From the NCBI GenBank assembly GCA_002084955.1, contig MZGJ01000004.1, positions 3,155-67,154 of the forward strand: DNA of 64,000 bases. The letters run 5' to 3'. Made by a program: the position numbers and the translations under genes. The notes beneath the pieces were generated by a model. It made no database searches, had not been told where the DNA came from, and saw nothing but the letters and a program-made list of their open reading frames with translations. Positions 35,363 through 43,730 of the stretch are shown piece after piece. Numbering within the stretch: position 1 is the first letter of the stretch; each line of letters opens with the position of its first letter. The stretch is from a candidate division CPR3 bacterium 4484_211. Lineage in GTDB: Bacteria > Patescibacteriota > 4484-211.

Positions 35363-36253
35363 TTATGGACTTTTATAGACTTGCTTGACCACCCAGGAGA
35401 ATCCTCTTGGCCCGATTTGCGGTACAGAGATAATTCTGGGAAATTTTGACAATAAGTTTTTACCATTTTGATCTTGGACATTGTATCCCTTGTCAACTGC
35501 ATGAAGCATTTCTAAATCATTCTCACCATCACCGACGCCAATAGTTTTTATGCGCGTCTTGTGTGTTTTTACAAAGATTTGTGTAAATTTTTTAACAGCT
35601 TTTCCTTTATCGCAACCCTTTAATACATGATAGAATAATCCTCCTTTTAATACGGTATGGCCCCTAGCTTGCAATTCAGATATGACTTCATTTTTGATTT
35701 CCCCTTTTATATCCACATTCTTTTTGAATTGAAAGGCAACATCAAAATACTTTTGGGGTGAACATCCCTCTCGTATTTGTTCTACTGTCCAATGAGGAAA
35801 GTACGGTTGCAATGAGATTATTTCCTCGCTAGATTGGGGCATATCAGGGGAAATTATAAAATAGTTGGGCAATCCATATTTTTGTGAGATTTTATTTTCT
35901 ATATTGTCTAGGTCTCGTAATATTTTATTTCTTTGGACTCCTAAGCAAATGAGTAACCCTTCTGGAATCTCGATGTGTCGATGGGGTACCTGCTTAAATT
36001 TATTTTGGTATTTTTGGGGTATAACGATGCCGCCACCGTTTTCGCAGATAAAAGGCACGTTAAGTTTCATTCTTTGTAAAAGTGTGTAAATGGCACCGGC
36101 CGGTTTGCTAGAGACTGGGACTATTAGGTCGCTATGCCTTTTTATTGTCGTTACAGCCTTCTCACTTTTATGAAAGTTCATTTTTTGATCAACAAGCGTC
36201 CCATCGATATCTGTGAAAAAAAGTTTTTTGGTGGTATTATTTTGGAAATCCAT
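35363..36253 (-). CDS. HAD-IIB phosphatase, mannosyl-3-phosphoglycerate phosphatase-like
   Basis: DIDGTL, VSSK, PFICENGG.I..P, GG.FYHV, DKGKA, GDGEND..ML; start overlaps the stop of the upstream GT. Confidence 0.85.
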   Translation of the reverse strand: MDFQNNTTKKLFFTDIDGTLVDQKMNFHKSEKAVTTIKRHSDLIVPVSSKPAGAIYTLLQRMKLNVPFICENGGGIVIPQKYQNKFKQVPHRHIEIPEGLLICLGVQRNKILRDLDNIENKISQKYGLPNYFIISPDMPQSSEEIISLQPYFPHWTVEQIREGCSPQKYFDVAFQFKKNVDIKGEIKNEVISELQARGHTVLKGGLFYHVLKGCDKGKAVKKFTQIFVKTHKTRIKTIGVGDGENDLEMLHAVDKGYNVQDQNGKNLLSKFPRIISVPQIGPRGFSWVVKQVYKSP

Positions 36254-37352
36254 TTTTTTCAGGTAAGTTGAAATATGCGGAAAGACCAAGTCTGCGAATA
36301 CGTTGAATAACTGGTTCATAAAATGGGGCCGCTCTCTTAGCGGCGTTAGAAATGTATTCATCAGTAGCTGGGTGTCTGAGGCATTCCCATGGCTTGAAGT
36401 GAAACTTTTCTTTTCTTGGGTCTAATCTTTGATGCTGTGTAAATATTGGATAACGTCGCTTAATCAAGTCTTTTACCTTCTGGTTCCGTTTGGTGTCTTT
36501 GGTTTTGTATAGTGTTTGTTGAATTTTCCAAAAAATGTCACTCTTTTCAACTTTATAGAAGTCGTTAAGCATTGCAATCGCACAGTGGCGATCGGTTTTG
36601 ATATAAGCATTCTTATTTTCGTCAGTAATGCTAATAGGGCTTTCCTCGCTGGCAGTAGCCAGCCAATAACCGCGACCGTTTTGGTAGGCTAGTGAAAAGC
36701 CGCATCTAGCTAATTTAAGACTGAAAGTAGTTGCGTCACCCCATTGGGGCACGCCGGGATTTCTTCCGACGTAGTCCTCAATAGTTTTTAATGTTGCTAC
36801 TGCCATTCCGTTTACTGATGAGGACAAGGTAATGTCACAATATTGGGGAAATCTTGTGGCTTCTAGTTCTACTCGCGGCTTGAAGGGCTTTCCGTTGTTA
36901 AGGGATGGAAGCCCGAGTAATCCTAATTTATATTTTATTAAGTTTTCTATCATATATTTTGTAAAGCCATATTGTATTATGGCCACGTCCGCATCTCTGT
37001 GTATCAAGATATCTCCTGTTGCCAAGTCTTTCAGTTGGGTTCTAGCCTCTGGTAGGTTAAATTTATCTGTATAGTTTTCTACAAATTTGACATTCTGCCA
37101 TTTGTCAGAGACGCCTTCTAAGAAGGAGAGAGAGTTGGCAATCCTTTCTCCAATAACCTTGGCTTTCTTGGCAAATCCCCTATATTGGCTACAGAAGAAA
37201 ATACACTCAATAAGATCGGACGGAAAGTCTTCCTGGAGGAATTCCGCTAGCCGCTTCCACCACCGATGGTGGTCAAATGTGGTGGGTATTAGCCAGGAAA
37301 CTAGCGGTCTGGGTTTTTCTGTCTTGTAAGATTTATTTGCTTCAATTGTCAT
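36237..37352 (-). CDS. Divergent GT-A fold glycosyltransferase
   Basis: VSWLIPT first strand, ATGDILIHRDAD (DxD), WGD..F..KL...G. Confidence 0.65.
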   Translation of the reverse strand: MTIEANKSYKTEKPRPLVSWLIPTTFDHHRWWKRLAEFLQEDFPSDLIECIFFCSQYRGFAKKAKVIGERIANSLSFLEGVSDKWQNVKFVENYTDKFNLPEARTQLKDLATGDILIHRDADVAIIQYGFTKYMIENLIKYKLGLLGLPSLNNGKPFKPRVELEATRFPQYCDITLSSSVNGMAVATLKTIEDYVGRNPGVPQWGDATTFSLKLARCGFSLAYQNGRGYWLATASEESPISITDENKNAYIKTDRHCAIAMLNDFYKVEKSDIFWKIQQTLYKTKDTKRNQKVKDLIKRRYPIFTQHQRLDPRKEKFHFKPWECLRHPATDEYISNAAKRAAPFYEPVIQRIRRLGLSAYFNLPEKNGFPK

Positions 37353-37384
37353 AGATAATCTTTTTAAAGTCGTACCAATTGCAG

Positions 37385-38165
37385 TTGCGTTCCGGGTTTT
37401 GCTGCTTCCCGTTGTTTCTTTTGGGCATTAGGCAGTTTAGGAAGGAGGAGTAAGGATTGGTCTAATTATTTCACCAAAATACTAGGAATCGGAAATTTTC
37501 ACTCCTCTCCCCTACCCTGCCCCGAACCGAATCTGTGAAAGAACAGGTCGGTTCGGGTTTGAGCCCCCGAGGAGAGCGGGGATGAAGAAGCCCAAGAATT
37601 GGGAAAAATTTGCCTCCTCGGGAACCGGGCGCTATCCCTTAGTTGGATTCGGAAAAATGAAAAATCTCCCGTTCTCCAACTAGACCCTGAACTGAACTTG
37701 TTCTAGTTTAGGGCCAAAATATTAAGTTGTAAAAAAACTTTAATTTCTGTTTTTTCCGTTATCTACATTAGCTCTATGCCGACTCGCTCCGCCAAAGGCG
37801 GGGTCTGTTATCGTGGCTAAAATCTAAAATATTGAATTGCAAAAAGGTTTGGTTTTCATTACTAAACTCTCTCTATTGTTCTTTGTAGCTTTCCGAAACT
37901 TACATCTGTCTCTATTAAAGCCGCGATGGACTAACTCAACCAGTAAAAAGTTTGCCAGTCGGATCTCTTTTCAACAGTATCGCCCAAAAAAACAGCCTCC
38001 CCTTTTTGGGAGGCTTCCTGCTTTCTTTTCTATTCTTTTTTTATTTTTTAGTCTTTATTTTAAATCAATAAGAAACCTCCCCTTACCATTAAAAGCTCCA
38101 TACAAGGAGCATGAAAATAATGGTAAAGAGGATGGCAAAACACGCCACCGTCCTCTTTTGGGAGG
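37385..38165 (+). ncRNA. Candidate large structured non-coding element (strand tentative)
   Basis: At least nine GC-rich stems, including nested multibranch domains; most non-canonical pairs are G-U on the + strand. Confidence 0.45.
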
Positions 38166-38272
38166 AGATTAAATACTTATCTGTCAATTCTAGAGTGTAA
38201 ACTTCCGCAGGCATTTTCCTTATTAAGAATATGTGAACTTATATACCATAGCCTGTCAACTCCTGTCAATAA

Positions 38273-38683
38273 CTATAGGTCGAGATCAATTTGGGGAGCT
38301 TCGTCGAGGTTCGAGAATTCAGCTTCGTCAAACAACGCACCAATAGCTCCCAGCTCATTGTTTTCTTCTGAAGCGGCCACGGTGGGTTCGGTAAAAAATG
38401 ACTTGAGTTCCTCGGCGGCTATTGTAGGAACGGTCGTAGGAGTAGGGCTGGCGGTCGGTGTTGGCGCGGGTGTGGGAGTAGTCGTGGTGATACTTTCCAG
38501 ATGGTCATTTTGCTGTTGCCCATACAAATAGACTAGGGTGGTGGTGAGAATAGCCAGTAACAAGATGATAAATAACAATTTGATGCTGCTTGGATGCGAA
38601 CTGGGTTTAACGAAAGGATTATCAGAGTTTTTTGCTTGCGCATCAGTACTGGTTTGCGTGTTGATATTATTGAATTCGTTCAT
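38273..38683 (-). CDS. Single-pass membrane protein with Thr/Pro linker
   Basis: TM segment, PTPAPTPT linker, acidic tail. Confidence 0.65.
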   Translation of the reverse strand: MNEFNNINTQTSTDAQAKNSDNPFVKPSSHPSSIKLLFIILLLAILTTTLVYLYGQQQNDHLESITTTTPTPAPTPTASPTPTTVPTIAAEELKSFFTEPTVAASEENNELGAIGALFDEAEFSNLDEAPQIDLDL

Positions 38684-38765
38684 TGGATGGGTATTAGGCT
38701 CTATCTAGGCTTTAGGTTTTTAGGATTTTCATTGTTTATTCTAGTATCCAACCACCTGTTATCTG

Positions 38766-40010
38766 TCACCTAATGCTTAGACTCGCTTCTACTCCTCCCG
38801 GCAGTACCTTTTTCCACTCATTGCTTCCTCCAATTTGGTAGGTTAAATTGCCCTTTAGCAATACTTTACCTGTGCCTTTGGCAGTTATATCTAATCCGGA
38901 TCCGTTAATAATAACAATTATATTCGAGCCGGTGACTGAAATGGTGCCAATTCCTGTATATTTTACCTCGTTATTCCCTATCTCTTCTTTGTGCCCTTGG
39001 CCGTTGGTGTCAACTTGGGCATCGCCGTTTTGGTCAATAATGGTTAGCGATCCTCCGCCGGCCGGGTCAACTGTTCCTGTTACCGAGCCGTTGCCGAGGG
39101 CGGCCATTTTACCGCTGCCTTTTGTGTGGATTACTCCGGTTCCGGCAAAGACCTTTATTTGTTTGTGCCGGTATTTAGTTAACTTTCTTGCTATTGCGGT
39201 CAAATCTCGATGAGCTTCCCGTAGCAATTGGTTGACTTGTTTTATCTGTTGATGAACTTCGGAAAAAGATAAGTTGTTGCCAGAGTCAGCTAGGCCATTG
39301 CATTTTTCTTGGACGGCATTTAGCTCTTCTCTTGCCTGAGAAATTTTGGTTCTGAAATTGGCAATCTCTTTTAGTAACTCGTCAATATCTTGGTCTTCTG
39401 CCTGTAGGCTTTTAATTTTTTCTTCTAATCGGTTGGCGGTGTTTTCTAGTCTGGTGAGAATATTTTCCACCTTGGCCTGGAGTATTTGGCAGGACCATTT
39501 TCTGGCCCGGAGCCGATTTTTTAACCAGTAATCCTTTAAAGTACGGGCATTTTCTTTAGCTGTCCCCAGGTCGGGGACGGAAGTAAAAGAGTGTTTTTGT
39601 TTCTGCAAATAGTTGATGTCGGTCTGAATTTCGGCTATTAAAGCTTGCTTTTCTTCGCTAGAGAGGGCTGAAGAATTTTCTATCCTTTTTTGGGCAGTTT
39701 CCAGGTAGGAAATCATGGTATCTATGGCGCTAGGAAAGTAAGTCTGGATCTTTTTCAAGAATAGATTGGAATTGGCGGCATTTTGGGCTTGTAAATATCT
39801 TTGTCGGGCAGTTACGAAATCGTCCTTTATTTGTTGATAGCTGCTCAGAACTTGGAGGTACTGTTTTTTTTGAGCTTGGTACTGTCCTGTTAAGTGTTGG
39901 TTGAGTTCAAAGGGTGATAATGCCTGTGGCTCTTGTGGAGAAAGCCAAACTAGAAACGGAGTCAGTAGGAATACAGATGTAAGCGCAACTTTAAAAATCT
40001 TTTTTTTCAT
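38766..40010 (-). CDS. Secreted long helical protein with a Gly-rich beta C-terminal domain
   Basis: MKKK signal-like start, about 270 aa of heptad helices, GTG/GSG/GNG strands. Confidence 0.7.
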   Translation of the reverse strand: MKKKIFKVALTSVFLLTPFLVWLSPQEPQALSPFELNQHLTGQYQAQKKQYLQVLSSYQQIKDDFVTARQRYLQAQNAANSNLFLKKIQTYFPSAIDTMISYLETAQKRIENSSALSSEEKQALIAEIQTDINYLQKQKHSFTSVPDLGTAKENARTLKDYWLKNRLRARKWSCQILQAKVENILTRLENTANRLEEKIKSLQAEDQDIDELLKEIANFRTKISQAREELNAVQEKCNGLADSGNNLSFSEVHQQIKQVNQLLREAHRDLTAIARKLTKYRHKQIKVFAGTGVIHTKGSGKMAALGNGSVTGTVDPAGGGSLTIIDQNGDAQVDTNGQGHKEEIGNNEVKYTGIGTISVTGSNIIVIINGSGLDITAKGTGKVLLKGNLTYQIGGSNEWKKVLPGGVEASLSIR

Positions 40011-40062
40011 CGTTATGCAAAGTCTGTAAAAGCACCACTCTTCAGGTTGAGAGGTAAAACAC

Positions 40063-40602
40063 TCATCTTCTGTCTTGACCAAAATAGGTTGTCTTTCTTA
40101 CGCGGCGTTTTGCTCTTTTTAGTTGTTTTAGTAGTTGTTTTAGTTGTTTTGGATTTCTCGGCAAAGCCGGCTCTTGATTTTTTGAATTCAATTCTCTTTC
40201 CCTTTGCAATATTGCGGGTGAAGTTGCTGCCTTTTCAAATTCTCCCGGGGTTAGTTCTGCTGCGGCTAGCGCATCTTGGACAGATCTCGCTTCTTCCAAA
40301 AGATCACCCCTGCCCTGCTGTTTGGCTGGGCTGCTGTCTCCTGAGATTTCTTCGAAGCCTTCTTGGACTTCTTCCGGCAATTTTCTTCTCCCTGGTTTTT
40401 CCCTCCCCTTGGGGATTCCAGAAGGGGTACCTCTTTTCCTAGTTCCCCTTGTTTTAGCACCGCCATAGAAATCTGTCTGCCTTTTAGGTTCGGTTTTTCC
40501 GGGAGGAGGGTTCCTAAACCTGTTTGCTTGCTCATCGCGTCGATCGAACCACTCCTCTACTCCTGGATCTTCTGAAAGTGGACGAATTTTTCCTACAGTC
40601 AT
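40063..40602 (-). CDS. Hypothetical charged, low-complexity protein
   Basis: Open frame co-oriented with its neighbours; no recognisable motif. Confidence 0.4.
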   Translation of the reverse strand: MTVGKIRPLSEDPGVEEWFDRRDEQANRFRNPPPGKTEPKRQTDFYGGAKTRGTRKRGTPSGIPKGREKPGRRKLPEEVQEGFEEISGDSSPAKQQGRGDLLEEARSVQDALAAAELTPGEFEKAATSPAILQRERELNSKNQEPALPRNPKQLKQLLKQLKRAKRRVRKTTYFGQDRR

Positions 40603-40650
40603 GTGTTATAAAGCCTATCTGTGCGCTGGTTGAAGGCTTAATTTATATCT

Positions 40651-41076
40651 CTAGCCTATCTGCTCTTTGGCCATGTCACCAATTATTGGCAGTTTCCATT
40701 CTTCGTTATTGTAGGCTTTGTAGATTAATACGATCCACAGGGCAAAAGCGGCTAGGTTAAGCGGTATAGACAGCAAACCCAAAAAGTCAAAGAAGCTCAA
40801 GGCAACAGAAATCACAAAGACTGCTATTCCCAAGATGGTTGATTGCATGGCGTGAAAACGGACAAATTTATCTTCGGGTTCAATAAGTAAAAAGACAATT
40901 CCGGTAACTGGTCCTAAAACGTAGGCTAGAGCTCCGGCGATATTAGACTGCAAACCAGTGCCAGATTTTTTTGGCTGAGGACTGGCTTCTTCTGATATTG
41001 GTGTAGATTCCTGCGTTGGTTGGTCTGTTTGGGAAGACTGCGTTTGTTCTGTTTGTTGGTAATTTTCTTCTTGCAT
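40651..41076 (-). CDS. DUF4870-like membrane protein
   Basis: N.A.ALAY......GI.FL..E....VRFHA.QS...KLPIIG; strong SD AAGGGGGTGA. Confidence 0.85.
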   Translation of the reverse strand: MQEENYQQTEQTQSSQTDQPTQESTPISEEASPQPKKSGTGLQSNIAGALAYVLGPVTGIVFLLIEPEDKFVRFHAMQSTILGIAVFVISVALSFFDFLGLLSIPLNLAAFALWIVLIYKAYNNEEWKLPIIGDMAKEQIG

Positions 41077-41282
41077 TATCCTTCACCCCCTTCTTAATGA
41101 TCCCGATATCGCATCGGGAGAACTAGAGCCTGCCTGCTGCCATGACGGCGACACAACTTCGCTAAGCTCTAAAGGCTGAGACGGCTCAGTGGGCATACTA
41201 AAAGCGATCTAAGATAACTTTAATTTAATCCTATTCTAGCTTCTTATTTTTGTCAATGGCAATTGGAGGACGTGTTAAGTGC

Positions 41283-41358
41283 TGGAGCGGCGGAGGGGTC
41301 TCGAACCCCCGACCTTTTGCTTGGCAAGCAAATGTTCTGCCAACTGAACTACCGCCGC
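41283..41358 (-). tRNA. tRNA-Gly(GCC)
   Basis: Anticodon arm TTTGC-TTGCCAA-GCAAA; CCA encoded. Confidence 0.95.
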
Positions 41359-41384
41359 AAGCTACTAATTTATTATACCAGACT

Positions 41385-41461
41385 TGGTGGGTTCGGTAGG
41401 GCTTGAACCTACGACCTTCTGGGTGTAAACCAGACGCTCTAGCCAGCTGAGCTACGAACCC
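41385..41461 (-). tRNA. tRNA-Val(TAC)
   Basis: Anticodon arm TCTGG-TTTACAC-CCAGA; CCA encoded. Confidence 0.95.
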
Positions 41462-41530
41462 TATAACATTGTTGCTGATTGGCAAGAATTGTACCAAAAA
41501 ATTGGCTTGTGGTAAAATAAATCGGTAAGT

Positions 41531-41602
41531 GCTCCGTTAGCTCAGTGGTAGAGCAGTGGTCTCTTAAACCATTGGTCGTAGGTTCGAATCCTACACGGAG
41601 CA
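41531..41602 (+). tRNA. tRNA-Lys(CTT)
   Basis: Anticodon arm GTGGT-CTCTTAA-ACCAT; CCA not encoded. Confidence 0.93.
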
Positions 41603-41610
41603 CTTCCAAA

Positions 41611-42450
41611 CAGTACCCGGTACTTCATGAGGCCTACGGTGCAAGGAATAAACGATGGCGCGACAGTTGGGTCTTTACACGGATAATTTTTATCATATTT
41701 TTAACAGGGGAGCGTTAAAACGGGAGATTTTTTTGGATGATGGGGATTATTTTAGGTGGGTTAAGTTGATGTACTGGTGTTTACGCTACAATTATTCCCT
41801 TAGTAAATTTCTAAGTCGAGTTGATTTCATGCGCAGGACTGGCGAGGATTCTGGTCAGGTGGAGAAGGAAATCGCCAAATTCTATTCATTACCTCAGAGA
41901 CCTGTTGAGATGATTGCTTGGGTTTTAATGCCCAATCACTTTCACCTTGTGCTAAAGCAGCTTGTGGAGGCAGGCATTTCTAGTTTTATGCATCGCCTTA
42001 CCAGTTCGTATTCTCATTATTTTAATCGCAAATATGAAGGGACAGGGACTCTTTTCCAGGGTCGGTTTCGGGCCGTTCTTGTTGATACGGAGGAACAGTT
42101 CTTGCACCTTTGTCGATACGTTCATATTAATCCGTTATCGGCCGGGCTAGCAAGCAGGCAGACTTTGCCAGACTACTCTTGGTCTTCTTTCCGGTATTAT
42201 ATGATGGGAAAAGATGACTTGGTAACTACGAGAGAATATCTTGAGAGTTATTTTCCTTCGATACGTTTGTTAGGGGAATTTACCTTGGCGGGTTCTGTTA
42301 ATCAAGAGGCCTATTTAATTGAAGGATTAACAATTGATGACGATTTTGGATGGTATGAAGAGAAACGCGCTTGTGAGAAAATACGGCGCGACAATTTGAT
42401 AGAGGAAGTGTTTAAGGCCTAGTGGCAGTGACATGAAGTGCCGGGTACTG
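41611..42450 (+). mobile_element. RAYT locus bounded by inverted REPs
   Basis: CAGTACCCGGTACTTCATG at 41611 and CATGAAGTGCCGGGTACTG at 42432-42450 flank the transposase. Confidence 0.8.
41655..42422 (+). CDS. REP-associated tyrosine transposase (Y1_Tnp HUH family)
   Basis: YHIFNRG, LMPNHFHL (HUH), LFQGRF, RYVHINP (catalytic Tyr), YSWSS. Confidence 0.92.
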   Translation: MARQLGLYTDNFYHIFNRGALKREIFLDDGDYFRWVKLMYWCLRYNYSLSKFLSRVDFMRRTGEDSGQVEKEIAKFYSLPQRPVEMIAWVLMPNHFHLVLKQLVEAGISSFMHRLTSSYSHYFNRKYEGTGTLFQGRFRAVLVDTEEQFLHLCRYVHINPLSAGLASRQTLPDYSWSSFRYYMMGKDDLVTTREYLESYFPSIRLLGEFTLAGSVNQEAYLIEGLTIDDDFGWYEEKRACEKIRRDNLIEEVFKA

Positions 42451-42466
42451 CTCTGGCTTGGTGGGT

Positions 42467-43663
42467 ATGAGGTATTTTATTAAAACTTTCGGGTGTCAGA
42501 TGAATATGGCGGATTCGGAAAGGTTGGCGGCGATGCTGGAGGGCCGCGGTTTGAAACGGGCGGAGAATATTAGAGATGCTGATTACATAGTTATTAATAC
42601 CTGCATGGTTCGTCAGAGCGCCGAAAACCGTATTTATGGATTGGTAAATAACCTTGGCAGGCAACGAGCGGCAATGAAGAAACCTCAAAAGATTGTTCTT
42701 ACCGGTTGTTTGGTGGGAGTGGCTCTGGGAGATCGAACTGGCAAGATGTTGAAACTTTTTAAAAAAAGGATGCCGGCGGTTGATGAGTTTTTGCCTATAC
42801 AGGAAGTAGGCTTTGATTATGTTCCGAAGCGCTCCCATCGTAGACATGCCTGGGTGCCTATTTCCAACGGGTGCAATAATTTCTGTTCTTATTGCGTGGT
42901 CCCCTACGCCCGCGGGAGAGAGATTTCACGGCCGTTTGCCGATATCTTTAGAGAATGCCGGATACTTAAAAAGCAGGGGTATCAAGAAGTTACCCTGCTG
43001 GGTCAGAATGTGAATTCCTATGGGAATGATTTGATGAAAGATCCCAAATTTCAAGCACCGAATTCTAAACAAATTCAAGATACCAATGATCAAGATCCCA
43101 AACACAAAGAAAGTTGTAAACATTTAAATTTAGATTGTTTAGAATTGGTCGGAAATTACGACTTGGGGTTTGAGATTTCTCACGTCTTTACTTTATTCCC
43201 ATATCTTCTTAAAGCGGTAGCTGAGCTAGGATTTGAGAGGGTTAATTTCATTTCTTCCAATCCCTGGGATTTTTCGGAGGAATTAATAGAGGTGATTGCA
43301 GGCAACGCAAATATTAGCCGACAAATTCATTTGCCAGTACAGTCGGGGGATAATCAGATATTAAAAAGAATGAATCGTCCCTATACAAGAGAAGAGTATG
43401 TTAAGTTAATTGAGCGGATAAGGCAAAGAATACCTGGGGTTTGTTTTTCCACGGATATTATTGTGGGTTTTCCCGGTGAGACTGAACAAGCTTTTCAAAA
43501 TACGGTAAATTTGTGTCAACAGGTTGGTTTTAAAAAGGCTTATATTGCCATGTACTCCCCCCGCCCCCTAACTGCTGCCAGCCGTCTTTACAAGGACGAT
43601 GTGCCGCACCTGGAGAAAAGAAGAAGATGGAGAGTTTTGGAGCAGCTCATTAACAGGAAGTAA
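42467..43663 (+). CDS. miaB: MiaB-like tRNA methylthiotransferase (no TRAM domain; repeat-derived insertion)
   Basis: TFGCQMN..DSE, NTC, GC, radical SAM CNNFCSYC, HLPVQSG, TDIIVGFPGET. Confidence 0.88.
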   Translation: MRYFIKTFGCQMNMADSERLAAMLEGRGLKRAENIRDADYIVINTCMVRQSAENRIYGLVNNLGRQRAAMKKPQKIVLTGCLVGVALGDRTGKMLKLFKKRMPAVDEFLPIQEVGFDYVPKRSHRRHAWVPISNGCNNFCSYCVVPYARGREISRPFADIFRECRILKKQGYQEVTLLGQNVNSYGNDLMKDPKFQAPNSKQIQDTNDQDPKHKESCKHLNLDCLELVGNYDLGFEISHVFTLFPYLLKAVAELGFERVNFISSNPWDFSEELIEVIAGNANISRQIHLPVQSGDNQILKRMNRPYTREEYVKLIERIRQRIPGVCFSTDIIVGFPGETEQAFQNTVNLCQQVGFKKAYIAMYSPRPLTAASRLYKDDVPHLEKRRRWRVLEQLINRK

Positions 43664-43730
43664 ACAGGATGCGGTTATTTTTTAACCTGTTAGTCAGTTG
43701 GTCTGTTACGAACTTAATAACTTTGGCAGT

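Noticed and set aside
37385-37970. Group II intron, RNase P RNA or c-di-AMP riboswitch
   Set aside because: No convincing domain V, no GAGGAAAGUCC, and no c-di-AMP consensus in the right order; only short chance-level matches
37837-38172. 111-aa ORF on the + strand
   Set aside because: TTG start, runs through a terminator-like hairpin and T-tracts, no motif; probably spurious
41100-41210. Riboswitch in the DUF4870 gene leader
   Set aside because: Hairpins are present (TCCCGAT/ATCGGGA, CTGAG/CTCAG) but match no aptamer consensus I recognise; the first looks like a REP-type palindrome
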